Assembly (NCBI GenBank): GCA_963809485.1
Contig: CAWEJX010000007.1
Span: 672,001-736,000 of the forward strand
Source of the DNA: an uncultured Acidobacteriota bacterium
GTDB taxonomy: Bacteria; Acidobacteriota; UBA6911
Direction: 5' to 3'
Length of the DNA stretch: 64,000 nt
The translations under genes and the position numbers were made by a program. Below the pieces are notes generated by a model. It was not told the DNA's origin. It searched no databases and worked only from the letters and a program-made list of their open reading frames with translations. Below are positions 9,382 through 19,899 of this stretch, one piece after another. How positions within the stretch are numbered: the first letter of the stretch is position 1; each line of letters begins with the position of its first letter.

Positions 9382-11196
9382 ATGAAACAAACAATCCCCG
9401 TGCTGATAATGTTTGTGGTTTCCGTTTCAGCGTCATCGATGGTTTTGAGTGAAGACCGGGTAAAGGCGGGCACGCCCTTCAATGCCTACCTGGCGATAGT
9501 GGAACAGCGGGGAATGGTTGAAAAGCCGGCAGCCCGACGCGGAGCATCCAGGCTTGGCAGGGTCCGCGCAACGGCCCAGACCGCCGGCAAGGAGTTGACG
9601 AATCTCCGGGCCAGCGTTTCGGGCCTGGAAGTCGGCCTGGGCAATGAAACGGGCACGAACACCTGGTACGGTGAATATGCCGGCAGCGCCGGCGGCGGGA
9701 GCTATAATTCCTACTTTGGCCAGTACTCCGGCTATAGCAACACCGGCAACAGCAATTCCTTTTTTGGCAACAGTGCGGGCTACAACACCACCACAGGCCA
9801 GTACAATACTTTCGTCGGCGATTACGCCGGGGCTATGAATGTTGTCGGCAATGACAATGTGTTTGCAGGCTTCTCCTCCGGCTCCAACAGCACTGTAAGC
9901 GGCAATACATTTGTCGGTTCGGAAAGCGGCATCAATAACACTACCGGAGAATATCTTGCGTTTTTCGGATACCAGGCAGGCTACGCCAACATAACCGCAA
10001 GCGACAACACCTTCTTCGGATATCAGGCAGGATCGGCCACGACGGAAAGCTACAACGCGTTTGTCGGAAGCAGGGCCGGGGACGAAAACACCATCGGATC
10101 ATTTAACAACTTTTTCGGAGCGGATGCCGGCGACCACAACACGGAAGGCTACGACAACTCGTTTTTTGGCGATTGGGCCGGCCTGTCCAACACAACAGGT
10201 TACGAAAACTCCTTTTTCGGATCAGGAACCGGGGCCAGCAACACTACGGAATACGGCAACAGCCTTTTTGGCGCCTACAGCGACACATCCCCGGGAATCA
10301 CAAACGCCACCGCGATCGGATATTGCTCCAGTGTGACTCAAAGCAACAGCCTCGTGCTCGGGGGCGTCAACGGCCAGAACTGCTCCGAAGCAGAAACCAT
10401 GGTCGGGATCGGTGTCACGAACCCGGACCGGCAGTTGACGGTTGAGGGCACCCAGGCAATAGGAAGATTTCGGAGGTATTATGGAACGGAGGATACCTTC
10501 AGCCGAACGTTTGCGCCGGCGTTTCTGTTCGAACGTGCCCGCCCGACCCAGGCCTCGCCAACCGATATTCAGGGAGGGGACTACCTCGGCAAAGTACAGT
10601 TCCGGGGATTGGTGGGCGGCGCCCCCAGGGAATATGGCGCGATGGCCTTCATTGCCGGCGACACGAGCCAGAACGGGCGCTTTGCTTTTCTGGACCGCGA
10701 TATCACCACGGAAAGAGTCAGCATCCTGAATACCGGGAACGTCGGCATCGGCACGACCGCGCCCGAAGAGCGTCTGCACGTCGTCGGGAACATCCGGCTG
10801 ACCGGGGACATCACCTCCAGCGCCCTGGACCACGATGTCCCCGACTATGTCTTCGAGCCGGATTACGCACTGATGCAATTCGACGAGCTGGAGAAGTTCA
10901 TTGCCCGGGAGAAACACCTGCCCAATATCCCCTCTGCCGCAGAGATCAGAGACAAGGGGCTGAACCTGAGCGAATTCCAGCTGAAGCTGCTCGAAAAGAT
11001 TGAGGAACTGACGCTCTACACGATGCAGCAGGCCAAAACCATTCAGAAAAGCCAGGCCGTCATTGAGCGGAACAACGCCGCGCTCGAGCATCACAGGGAG
11101 ATGCTGGAGCAGAAAGATTTCAGTATCAGGCTTCTTCAGTCCCGCCTGGCTTTACTGGAGGGAACAATGGAGAAGCTGCTGAACGAAAAACGCTAA
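9382..11196 (+). CDS. Secreted beta-solenoid repeat protein with tail-fibre/intramolecular-chaperone-like C-terminus
   Basis: Signal peptide; many ~14-aa N-x-F-x-G repeats; GNVGIGTT; PDYVFEPDY..HLPNIPSA..LLEKIEELTLY followed by a coiled coil. Confidence 0.8.
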   Translation: MKQTIPVLIMFVVSVSASSMVLSEDRVKAGTPFNAYLAIVEQRGMVEKPAARRGASRLGRVRATAQTAGKELTNLRASVSGLEVGLGNETGTNTWYGEYAGSAGGGSYNSYFGQYSGYSNTGNSNSFFGNSAGYNTTTGQYNTFVGDYAGAMNVVGNDNVFAGFSSGSNSTVSGNTFVGSESGINNTTGEYLAFFGYQAGYANITASDNTFFGYQAGSATTESYNAFVGSRAGDENTIGSFNNFFGADAGDHNTEGYDNSFFGDWAGLSNTTGYENSFFGSGTGASNTTEYGNSLFGAYSDTSPGITNATAIGYCSSVTQSNSLVLGGVNGQNCSEAETMVGIGVTNPDRQLTVEGTQAIGRFRRYYGTEDTFSRTFAPAFLFERARPTQASPTDIQGGDYLGKVQFRGLVGGAPREYGAMAFIAGDTSQNGRFAFLDRDITTERVSILNTGNVGIGTTAPEERLHVVGNIRLTGDITSSALDHDVPDYVFEPDYALMQFDELEKFIAREKHLPNIPSAAEIRDKGLNLSEFQLKLLEKIEELTLYTMQQAKTIQKSQAVIERNNAALEHHREMLEQKDFSIRLLQSRLALLEGTMEKLLNEKR

Positions 11197-11275
11197 TTAT
11201 GGCCCCAGGTATCGGCGTGCGTCGGCGTTTGGGTCAGCGTATGTCCGCGTTCAAAAAATCCGGGGACAAGGCCGC

Positions 11276-11938
11276 CTAAAAGCCGTGCCAGGTAGCGATG
11301 CTTTCGAGCGGCTCCCTTTCCGTCCGGAACTGGTTGATCGGATTGTCCCAGTCCGGATAGCCGATCGCAATGCCCAGGAGTGCAATCTTCGATTCGGGTA
11401 TCCCGAGCACCTCCCGCAATATGTCCGGGTATACTACTGCCTGAGCCTGGGCAACGGTTCCCAATCCGTATTGGGTCGCCAGCAGCATGATGTTCTCGGC
11501 TACCGCCCCGCAGTCGTATAAAGCCCACACATTCAGGCCCTTTGTCTGATAATAAAATTCCCGCCGGGTGAGGAGATAGATCACCGCCGGCGCTCCATAG
11601 TGCGTGAAATTCTGGACTCGCCGCGAATCCCAGTCCTTTGGTGTTACCAGCCGGTTTTGTTTGTCCAAAACACGAATTCGGGCGGCATAGCGCTCGGGGA
11701 ACTCCGGGGGGCGCGGCACATCCGGTGCGGCGCTGGTCATGAGTTTTGCCAGAAAGCGGGACCTGATTTCGTCCAGTGGTTTGCCGGCTGCAACGGCAAA
11801 TTCCCACGGCTGCGTGTTGGCCCAGGAAGGCGCCCGCAGGGCTTCCTCCAGTATCTTTTTCAAGGTGTCCCGGGAGACCGCGTCCGGTTTGAAGGCGCGG
11901 ATGCTTTTTCGCTGCTGGATCGCTTCGGAAATTTCCAT
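11276..11938 (-). CDS. Nitroreductase family protein
   Basis: RKSIRAF, APSWANTQPW, GLGT, IAIGYP. Confidence 0.9.
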   Translation of the reverse strand: MEISEAIQQRKSIRAFKPDAVSRDTLKKILEEALRAPSWANTQPWEFAVAAGKPLDEIRSRFLAKLMTSAAPDVPRPPEFPERYAARIRVLDKQNRLVTPKDWDSRRVQNFTHYGAPAVIYLLTRREFYYQTKGLNVWALYDCGAVAENIMLLATQYGLGTVAQAQAVVYPDILREVLGIPESKIALLGIAIGYPDWDNPINQFRTEREPLESIATWHGF

Positions 11939-12073
11939 GACATTTGCCCCCTGACATGATAATTCCCATTCAGATTATGCGCACAGGCATCCTAAAATCA
12001 AAGAAAACATGCTTCCATTCATCGCCGGCCGTCGAGCTTGTGCCTTGCCGGGAAGCCGGATATACTCCTCGCC

Positions 12074-12652
12074 ATGGAAACACACATCCCGACACGGCAG
12101 GAAGCTTTGGATATTCTCAACCGGTACAATTCCAACGAGAGCCTTATCAGGCACGCGCTCGCGGTCGAAGCGGTCATGCGCTACATGGCGCGCAAGAACG
12201 GCGAAGACGAAGAAAAATGGGGCGTCATCGGGCTCGTCCACGACCTGGATTACGAGCGGTTCCCGGAAGAGCATTGCCGGAAAAGCCCGGAATTGCTTCG
12301 TGAAGCCGGATGGCCCGACGAATACATACGCGCCGTCGTGAGCCACGGCTGGGGACTATGCTCGGACGTAGAGCCGGTGAGCGTCGTGGAAAAAACCTTG
12401 TACGCGATCGACGAACTCACGGGACTGGTGACAACGGCCGCGCTGGTAAGACCCTCCAAAAGCGTTTTGGACATGGAAGCCGGATCCGTGAAGAGGAAAT
12501 GGAAAGATAAACGATTCGCCGCAGGCGTGAACCGCGAGGTGATAGAAAAGGGGGCCGCGCTTCTCGGCGCAGATCTTACCCAACTCATCACCGATACCAT
12601 CCTGGGAATGCGGACCGTGGCCCGTGAAATCGGGCTCGAGGGAACGCTCTAG
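12074..12652 (+). CDS. HDIG-domain hydrolase
   Basis: HALAVE, GLVHDLDYE, DELTGL, FAAGVNR. Confidence 0.85.
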   Translation: METHIPTRQEALDILNRYNSNESLIRHALAVEAVMRYMARKNGEDEEKWGVIGLVHDLDYERFPEEHCRKSPELLREAGWPDEYIRAVVSHGWGLCSDVEPVSVVEKTLYAIDELTGLVTTAALVRPSKSVLDMEAGSVKRKWKDKRFAAGVNREVIEKGAALLGADLTQLITDTILGMRTVAREIGLEGTL

Positions 12653-12684
12653 AATCGACGGTTGAGATTCAGGGGGACAATAAC

Positions 12685-13296
12685 TTGAGACTGCTTCGAT
12701 CTGCCATGGCTGCGGTACCTGTGCTTCTAATCTGCGCCACGATCGCCAACGCTCAACGCGCCGATTTCTATTTCGCAATGGGAACGGCGCGCGACGATGC
12801 GATCGAGGATTTCATCGACCCTGTCCCCGGCTTTGCTCCGGGCGAGATGGACGGCCTTTTCGGAACCATCGGCGGCGGCTATATGTTCAACGACACCCTG
12901 GGCCTGGGCGGGGAAGCCTCGTTTCGCTTTGCGCAGGGAGACTACGCAGGTTTTGGCTACCGGCCCGTTTTTTACGATTTCAACGGGATCCTGACCCCGA
13001 CGCTCGGCTCGGACCGCGTGATGGCGGAATTCCAGGGCGGCATCGGAGGCCTCAGTTTAAGGGTCTACGGCGGGGAGGAGTACTGCGATTATTACACGGG
13101 CCAGTGCACCAATTATCTCGGCAGCGTCAACCATTTCCAGGTTCACGCCAGCGCGGGGCTGCGCATCTACGTGACGGACAGCATCTTTATCCGCCCCCAG
13201 TTCGACTACCGATACGTGCCGAACCTCAACGAAGAGTTCAAGAGCAACTCGGTTTTCCAGTACACCGTCGCCATCGGCTTCAGCAGCTTCCGGTAG
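12685..13296 (+). CDS. Outer-membrane beta-barrel protein
   Basis: Signal peptide, alternating aromatic beta strands, C-terminal IGFS-F. Confidence 0.7.
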   Translation: MRLLRSAMAAVPVLLICATIANAQRADFYFAMGTARDDAIEDFIDPVPGFAPGEMDGLFGTIGGGYMFNDTLGLGGEASFRFAQGDYAGFGYRPVFYDFNGILTPTLGSDRVMAEFQGGIGGLSLRVYGGEEYCDYYTGQCTNYLGSVNHFQVHASAGLRIYVTDSIFIRPQFDYRYVPNLNEEFKSNSVFQYTVAIGFSSFR

Positions 13297-13372
13297 CCCG
13301 CGCGGCTGCGGCGGATGACGGCACAGCATTACCCGCAGCCGCTGTGTCGAGTTTTAACAGGAGCCTCGCGGA

Positions 13373-13767
13373 AGTCAGGTACCTCCGGCAAAGCCGGAGG
13401 CTTGAAGGATTTGAACCGCTCAAAGCGGTTAGAGGAGTTATGCCGGTCTTGAACGCTGACTTACGCGGGCAAAAGCCGATGAGGCGCTTCCGATCCCCGC
13501 AGGGGCCAGCGCTCCGCGCTGGACAGTTTTCTGCGGCGGCACTGTGGCAAGCGCCGTGCGGCAAGGAGATGAAGGGTATGAGAAACCGGGCGTTTGCCAC
13601 AGTGCCGCCGCAGAAAACTCCATTGGAAGCGCCTCATCGGCTTTTGCTCGCCGACCCTCGCCGAACAAATCGGCGTTTGTCAGCGCTTTTATCAGCGTCT
13701 CTCAGCGTTTCAAAATACGGATCTGTCAAACTCTTTGAGTCCCTCGGCAGAGCCGGGGATTTGCCAA
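13373..13767 (-). mobile_element. Non-autonomous IS200/IS605-like nested element, copy B (395 bp)
   Basis: Near-identical reverse complement of 46938-47332. Confidence 0.8.
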
Positions 13768-13868
13768 AGTAATTACGGATTGGGCGGCGCATGAACAAAT
13801 GCCGGCCTCTAAGGATGCGGTAGAGCAGGGTTTGGATATTTGTGCCTCGAGGGACGTTTGCCATGCCG

Positions 13869-14381
13869 TTACCAGTCTTCACCTATCATGGGCAGGATTG
13901 ACGCGATCCTCAAATTAACCAGCGTGTCAATCCGGTGGGAGAGCTGGAAAAACTGAAACACCCGCCGGGGAGACAGGACCTCGATGAACTTCTTATAATA
14001 TTTCCTGTTCAGGGCGCCTTTCTGTTCGCTGATTTCAAAAACTTTCTCCGCCAGCTCTTTCGCCTTCGCGTCACTCAGGTTTTTTACGTTCGCCTGGTAG
14101 TCCTTAATAAGCGCAATGCTCCGGTCGGTAATCGCGCCCCATTCCCTGTCGTACTCTTTATACAGCGGCCAAAACACCTTACCTTCCGCCTCAGTGAAAT
14201 TCATGGAACCGCTGATGATTTCCTGGGTCTTGGCGCGCAGTTGCGGCGCTCCAAGATCCAGGAAGGCTTTGAGATTGTCGCCGGGGCCCTGCGCCGGCGT
14301 TGTCGAAGGCAGGGCGAACAAAAAAACCGTGAAGAGTCCCATGCAGATTACCATCATCTTTTTGAAGAGGTCCCGTTTCAT
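13869..14381 (-). CDS. Periplasmic helical protein (Spy/CpxP-like fold, unknown function)
   Basis: Signal peptide; FWPLYKEY motif; GGGAGG SD upstream. Confidence 0.65.
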   Translation of the reverse strand: MKRDLFKKMMVICMGLFTVFLFALPSTTPAQGPGDNLKAFLDLGAPQLRAKTQEIISGSMNFTEAEGKVFWPLYKEYDREWGAITDRSIALIKDYQANVKNLSDAKAKELAEKVFEISEQKGALNRKYYKKFIEVLSPRRVFQFFQLSHRIDTLVNLRIASILPMIGEDW

Positions 14382-14546
14382 GCTCTCAATCCTCCCGTTC
14401 ATAGATAGGATCGCCGGCAATCATATCCGGCATATAGGCGAAATCGCCGGTTGTTTCCCTGGGAATATGCGCTTCTGTTCGTCTGGACGCTATCCCGTTT
14501 TTCAATTATTATACAGCGCATCGATCATTTTGACCGGAGGGATCCC

Positions 14547-15134
14547 ATGGCCTTACGACTTCGCATCTGCATAACCGCTTCCCTTGCGTTGCTCCTGTCG
14601 GATTTCATCGCCATCCCAGTCATGGCGCAGGACGTCAGTACCCAAGTGACTCCCGGCCAGGATTTTTCGAAATTCCGCAGGTACAGCTGGAAGGAGAACA
14701 TGATTGCTCCAAGTGCGCTTCCCGAGGAAAGGAAAGAAGTGGAGAAGAAAATCGTGGATATTGTCACCCGGGAACTCGCCAAAAAAGGCTACACAGAAGA
14801 TTCCCAAAATCCGGATTTCTACATAGAAATCAGAGCCGCCTCAATGCCCACCGAATTGACCACTTCCGCAAATCTCGCCAGGAGGGTTCCGGAAGGCTCC
14901 GACGTTTTCAGTTCCACCTATCCCAATGGACCGGGAGTCAATATCCTTCTGACGATGACGGCAGGCGCCCGCATCACGGTCACCGACAGCACGTCTAACG
15001 CGACGGCGTGGGAAACACTGGTATCCAAGAAATACAAGGACCTGGACAAGGCGAAAAGGAACCTGGACAAGGAACTCGATCGCATGTTCACGAAAGCGTT
15101 CAAGAGCTTCCCGGTCAGGAAGAGCCAATCATAA
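14547..15134 (+). CDS. DUF4136-like secreted protein
   Basis: GGAGG SD; signal peptide; DFSKFRRYSW, LAKKGY..NPDF. Confidence 0.65.
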   Translation: MALRLRICITASLALLLSDFIAIPVMAQDVSTQVTPGQDFSKFRRYSWKENMIAPSALPEERKEVEKKIVDIVTRELAKKGYTEDSQNPDFYIEIRAASMPTELTTSANLARRVPEGSDVFSSTYPNGPGVNILLTMTAGARITVTDSTSNATAWETLVSKKYKDLDKAKRNLDKELDRMFTKAFKSFPVRKSQS

Positions 15135-15200
15135 AAATACGATTTGTCGGGATCCTCCGGCAGAGCCGGTACGGGCGGATGAGTGGTTTCCGCCTGATCG

Positions 15201-15465
15201 GATGGGTCTGGGGAGACCGTCTCAAAACTGCCGGCGAGCATCTTGCGACAGTCGTTTTGGGACCGGCTATGGAGGCCCGTAAATAAATTTTCACGCTGAC
15301 GCACGCCGATAAATGCTGACGCACGCTGAAAAATAATAAATAAATACTATTTTCCCGGCAGCCAATCTTGATTGGGTGAGGACGTCTCTCCAGAGACTGT
15401 CTCAAAACTGCCGGCGAGGATCTCATGGCCGTCGTTTTAAGACAGTCTCTGGAGGCCCGTCCTCA
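15201..15465. mobile_element. 265-bp composite repeat: two GAGACTGTCTCAAAA..TTTT(G/A)AGACAGTCTC-type hairpins around an ACGCTGAC half-array
   Basis: Colinear with 25141-25405; hairpin arms resemble IS1182-family terminal inverted repeats. Confidence 0.7.
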
Positions 15466-15511
15466 GAAAAATATACGGGTCCGGAGACCCGGACTGCCTT
15501 GCAGTCTGCGT

Positions 15512-16027
15512 CTAGCGGTAGGTGCTCCCGGGAGCCTTGTAGGCGCTTGCGAGCGAGATCTCCAGGAAGACGATGGGCTTGGTGACTTTCCTGATGTTCA
15601 ACGGGCAATGGGGCACGTTCGATGGAATCGTGATGCACGAGGTTTGAGTGATTACGTGCTTTTCATGTTCTGCGCCCATCTCAACTTCCACCTCGGCTCC
15701 GAAGTCGGTGATATCGCGCGGGTTGCCGCCTATGAAACACAGGACTTCCTCATTGGGATGCGAGTGCGTCTCCTTGAAAAGAATCGGCTTCGTGACGCAA
15801 TGATACCCCATGCTGACGTTGGCTTTCAGCTCGCCGTTGTGCGAAAGCAGGGAAGTGCCGGTGTACTCTTCCGGGATTACTCTATAGATATCTTTTGAGA
15901 GGATATATTTCCCGTACTTCGATGTATCGGATTTGCCGGCCCCCTGTGAAAATGCACCGGCAAGGCTCAAGGCCAGCAATCCCGCAAAAAGAAATCCCAA
16001 CATCAATCCTGTCATCAGCTTTTTCAT
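15512..16027 (-). CDS. Secreted cupin-like protein
   Basis: AGGAGG SD, signal peptide, HSH..EVL and PHCP metal-binding motifs. Confidence 0.65.
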   Translation of the reverse strand: MKKLMTGLMLGFLFAGLLALSLAGAFSQGAGKSDTSKYGKYILSKDIYRVIPEEYTGTSLLSHNGELKANVSMGYHCVTKPILFKETHSHPNEEVLCFIGGNPRDITDFGAEVEVEMGAEHEKHVITQTSCITIPSNVPHCPLNIRKVTKPIVFLEISLASAYKAPGSTYR

Positions 16028-16160
16028 GATCTTCCTCCTTAACCGGACCGGTAAAGAGCCCGGTATCGTTTCCGACATTATGGGGCTCATGTCCGCATTA
16101 TGGGTACAGAAAAAAAACTGAATGCCGACGGGCGCCGGCAAGGGCGCCGGGGGACGCCGA

Positions 16161-17285
16161 TTACGGATCCACGGGTGCCGCGAGGATTGTTTCCAGATCC
16201 GAGATCGCCTCCTGAAGCGGCGACGGCGCAGGGTCCAGGGCGGCGGCGCTCTTCAGGTATTCCAGAAATGGCAAGCCCGTATCGGAGGGGATCGTCAATC
16301 GCTCGCCTCGATGAAGGGCAAAAGCTTTGTCACCCTCGATCGCCAGGCAGGCTAAGCGCGATCCATAGGAGGCCGAAAGCCCCACATCGATGAGAAGCAC
16401 CTTCCCTCCGAACCGCGGCATGATGGCCCCTGCAGTCGTCGTGTGGCCGATGACGATGCGGCGCGCCCCGTGCAGATCCAAAAACTGCCGGACATGTTCC
16501 GCGAGAGCCGCTTCCTCTCCGTTTGCGAGACCCCGGTACCAGAGCGGTCCCTCGTCGTCCTGGATCAGTCCGCCTTTGAGGGTGCTCAAATCGTTCATCT
16601 CGTCCCGGATCTTGCTATTGATCAATTCGAAGGGAATGTCACCGTATTTGGGGCTGATGCCTCCGTGGACAAAAATCGTGTCGTTGATTTGAATTACCGT
16701 ATTGTGCGTTCGGATCCACTTGCCGTATTTGCCGTTCGGTCCATACTGGAAGCGGTGTTCGAAGTAGCCCAGGGGGTGCCTATCCTCCCACGCCTTCCGG
16801 TAAGCGTCATCGGGTTTCGCGGCCTGCGCATTGGCCGGATCGGCGGCGAGTTCCTTGAGGTGCGCCTCATACATTGCCTGGCGCACCTTTACCGAGTTGG
16901 CATCGCGGAAGGCGGCGAATTCCTCCGGTGTGACATAGCGCAGATCCCCGTAAATATTCAGCGCCTCATGATTGCCAAGCAAGGCGTGCACGGCGCCGCC
17001 GGAACGGCGCGCCTGCTGCTCGAGGTTCATCAGGAGATCCATGATCTTGCGGCTGTCGGGACCGCGGTCCATAAGATCGCCCGTCTGCACCAGGTGCGTT
17101 TTCCCGCCGCTCCATTTGTTCCGCTCATTCATTACGCCGGCGGAGCGAAGGGCAACCACCAGCTGCCCGTAGTCGCCGTGAACGTCGCCGACGGCAACAA
17201 TCCGGGGCACGCCTTCCCAGGAACTATCGGCCCTGGCCGAGGCGGCGGAAATTAGCAGGCATAAAATAATTACAGTGCGACGCAA
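16161..17285 (-). CDS. Secreted Shewanella-like metallophosphoesterase
   Basis: Signal peptide; GDVHG, GDLMDRG, GNHE, VHGG, GPLWYR, IGHT, IDVG. Confidence 0.9.
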   Translation of the reverse strand: MRRTVIILCLLISAASARADSSWEGVPRIVAVGDVHGDYGQLVVALRSAGVMNERNKWSGGKTHLVQTGDLMDRGPDSRKIMDLLMNLEQQARRSGGAVHALLGNHEALNIYGDLRYVTPEEFAAFRDANSVKVRQAMYEAHLKELAADPANAQAAKPDDAYRKAWEDRHPLGYFEHRFQYGPNGKYGKWIRTHNTVIQINDTIFVHGGISPKYGDIPFELINSKIRDEMNDLSTLKGGLIQDDEGPLWYRGLANGEEAALAEHVRQFLDLHGARRIVIGHTTTAGAIMPRFGGKVLLIDVGLSASYGSRLACLAIEGDKAFALHRGERLTIPSDTGLPFLEYLKSAAALDPAPSPLQEAISDLETILAAPVDP

Positions 17286-17339
17286 TAGGTCTGTCTCGCT
17301 TTCCGGTGCGAACAGGATCCCGAAGGATCCGTTCCTTCG

Positions 17340-18158
17340 TTAGTAAAGAACGGCATTCTCACCTTGTTTTTCTATAAGTTCTTCAAAATAGGTTACGATG
17401 CTGTCGCGCCGCTTCATAACCGCCCCGACCTCAGCACTATTGAGGCAATCCTTCGTTCTTTCTGCCAGTTCCTGCCCATCAAGAGCCTGAAGCCTTTCGA
17501 GCAGGCTGCGGCTGCAGCGGACCAGGTCTTTGGGATTCTTGAGCTTGGGATTGAGCCGGAAGGCGCGTGTGAAATCAATCATATACACCTTCCAGTCGTT
17601 GCCAATAAGTATATTGGTGGCGTTGCGGTCCGTGTCGTAGATCAGCTGGCTGAACACCCGCAACTCGTATATGGATTTGTTCCATGATTCGGGGTCGGGC
17701 GCAGGAATTTTCTTTTGCAGCCTGTCGGCTTCGTCCATCTGGACATCGAGCCACCAGGCCAGCGAACCCGTTTTCCCGTTCCACCGCCGTAAAACCGTTA
17801 CAGGCAGCATGTGATCCAGGCCCAGAAGCTTTGAGAGTTCATAGGCTGCAACGTTATAGAGATAGGAATCCACAAAGTTGATCTCGCTGGTCCCGGTGGC
17901 GAACTGCTTGAAGTTGCGCCGCTCATCGATGGATTGAAAAAGCGCATCATGAGTGATTTTGCCATCTGTAAGAGTCAGGCGATATGGGGAAGTAGTTCCC
18001 TTGCTCGTTCTTTTGGACTGGATCACCTTCGCATTGAGAAGAAACTCGCGCTTTTGCTCCGCCGTCAGCTGCTGTGCTGTCTGCGCAAGGCACAGGGTTG
18101 AGAACAACACCAGGGCAATTACGGGCAGCCGCTTGAGGCGCAATCGATGGATCTGCAT
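17340..18158 (-). CDS. Secreted atypical kinase-like protein (PI3/4K/Fam20-like fold)
   Basis: Signal peptide; VAAYELSKLLG, DTDRNATN, MIDFTRAF. Confidence 0.6.
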   Translation of the reverse strand: MQIHRLRLKRLPVIALVLFSTLCLAQTAQQLTAEQKREFLLNAKVIQSKRTSKGTTSPYRLTLTDGKITHDALFQSIDERRNFKQFATGTSEINFVDSYLYNVAAYELSKLLGLDHMLPVTVLRRWNGKTGSLAWWLDVQMDEADRLQKKIPAPDPESWNKSIYELRVFSQLIYDTDRNATNILIGNDWKVYMIDFTRAFRLNPKLKNPKDLVRCSRSLLERLQALDGQELAERTKDCLNSAEVGAVMKRRDSIVTYFEELIEKQGENAVLY

Positions 18159-18398
18159 GTTAAACCCTTTCAAACCAGGTGCTGTTTTTAGTTTACTACC
18201 CGCTCGATCCGTGAGGCAATCGGCGAGTTCCATGGCCCTGCGTAAGGACGACGCTCCGGAACGGGCCGGATAACGCCCGGGGGCTCTTCCGGGCGGCCCC
18301 GGCAAACCGTCTTTGCCCGAACCCAATTTGTTGATGATGGCACGGCGGCTTTTGTATTAAGCTTCGCCGCTGAGGGCGGACATACCCGCGAGAGGATT

Positions 18399-19826
18399 AT
18401 GCAAGATTCTTCTGCCTTGAGCGCATTCTTCAGACCGAACAGCGTTGCAGTTCTCGGAGCTTCCTCCGACCCGAAAAAGCTTGGCCACACGGTGCTTAAA
18501 AATCTCATTTCGATGGGTTACCGGGGCAAGATATTCCCGGTCAATCCGCACGAGGAATCGATCCTTGGCCTGCGCTGCTGCCGGAGCCTCCTGGAGGTTC
18601 CGGAACCGGTCGAGATTTGCGCCTTGATCGTTGCGGCCGACCGCACCCTGCAGGTTGCCGCGGAGATGGCGGAAAGGAAAAAACGATGCAACGATATCCT
18701 GGGCGCAATCTGCATGTCTGCCGGCTTTGCAGAACTCCCAGCCGGCGAAGCCCGGCAGAGGGAACTGGTCGATATCTTGAGATCCGCCTCCATCAGGCTC
18801 ATTGGCCCCAACTGCCTGGGCATCATCGATACCTGCAGCGGATTCAATACCAACTTCGATATCTCAACCTATCCCAGGGGCGGCCTGAGCATCCTCACCC
18901 AAAGCGGCGCTTTCGGGAATTCGTTTTTGCTCTGGGCCCGGGAGATGCGCCTGGTCGGCTTGAGCAAGTACGCCTCCATCGGCAACATGGCCGACGTCCA
19001 TATGGCCGAACTGCTCAGGTTTTTAAAGGACGACACCTCGACGCGTGTGATCGGCGTCTACCTTGAAGGGCTTTCCGATCCGGAAGAATTCTTCGATGCC
19101 GCCCGCGAAGTCACACCGGCCAAGCCCGTTGTCGTCATCAAAGCGGGCAGAAGCGCCCAGGGCGCAGCCGCCGCCCGCTATCATACCGGTTCTCTTGCCG
19201 GCGCCGACGCGGTTTATGACAGCGGCTTCAAACAGGCGGGCATCCTGCGCGCCGGAACCGTCGCCGAGTTTTTCGACACGATGCGGGCTTTTGAAAGGCA
19301 GCCGGTTCCCGACGGGGGCCGCGTCTGCATCGTCACTCACATGGGAGGGCCCGGGACAATCTGTGTCGATGAAATCTCCGCGATCCCGGATATCGAGCTT
19401 GCGCGGCTGTCGCCCGAAACCCGTGACGCCCTCAAGAGCGTCTGCCCTCCGATGGCCAACATCGGCCACCCCGACGGCTACGTGGATCTCACGGGAGCCC
19501 ATACCGAAAAACTGTACGGCCGGGTGCTCAATATTATTTTCCGGGAAAAAAATGCCGACCTTTATCTGCAGCTCATCGGCCCGAGCGTCTACCTGGACCA
19601 GAAGCAGATGGTTGAGGAAATAATCGGCGCCTATGAGGCTCAGCCGGTCAAAAAGCCGTTCCTGAATGCGGTGACCTTCGGACACTCTGCCCGGGAGACC
19701 CGGCAGGGACTCGAAGACGCAGGCATCCTCACCATAGAGCATCCCGACATGCTTGCCAGGATTGCCGGGAACATGATTGCCTACGGCAAGTTCCGGCGTA
19801 AAGCGGCAACGCGGACGAACGCGTAA
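18399..19826 (+). CDS. Acyl-CoA synthetase (NDP-forming) alpha subunit / CoA-binding protein
   Basis: FRPNSVAVLGAS, IGPNCLG, QSGA, SIGNMAD, HTGSLAG. Confidence 0.85.
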   Translation: MQDSSALSAFFRPNSVAVLGASSDPKKLGHTVLKNLISMGYRGKIFPVNPHEESILGLRCCRSLLEVPEPVEICALIVAADRTLQVAAEMAERKKRCNDILGAICMSAGFAELPAGEARQRELVDILRSASIRLIGPNCLGIIDTCSGFNTNFDISTYPRGGLSILTQSGAFGNSFLLWAREMRLVGLSKYASIGNMADVHMAELLRFLKDDTSTRVIGVYLEGLSDPEEFFDAAREVTPAKPVVVIKAGRSAQGAAAARYHTGSLAGADAVYDSGFKQAGILRAGTVAEFFDTMRAFERQPVPDGGRVCIVTHMGGPGTICVDEISAIPDIELARLSPETRDALKSVCPPMANIGHPDGYVDLTGAHTEKLYGRVLNIIFREKNADLYLQLIGPSVYLDQKQMVEEIIGAYEAQPVKKPFLNAVTFGHSARETRQGLEDAGILTIEHPDMLARIAGNMIAYGKFRRKAATRTNA

Positions 19827-19872
19827 CGCTGACAAACACGGATAGATACGTAACACGGAAGGACGCACATAC

Positions 19873-19899
19873 AAAAAAGGCCGCTCCGAAGAGCGGCCT
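19873..19899 (-). terminator. Rho-independent terminator (minus strand)
   Basis: AGGCCGCTC-TTCG-GAGCGGCCT followed by a T-run. Confidence 0.8.

Noticed and set aside
13280-13882. ORFs repeated at 1633-1911, 13280-13882 and 46933-47267 as a transposase or small protein family
   Set aside because: They are translations of the repeat element, differ in start and stop between copies, and lack HUH/Y1 or RuvC motifs
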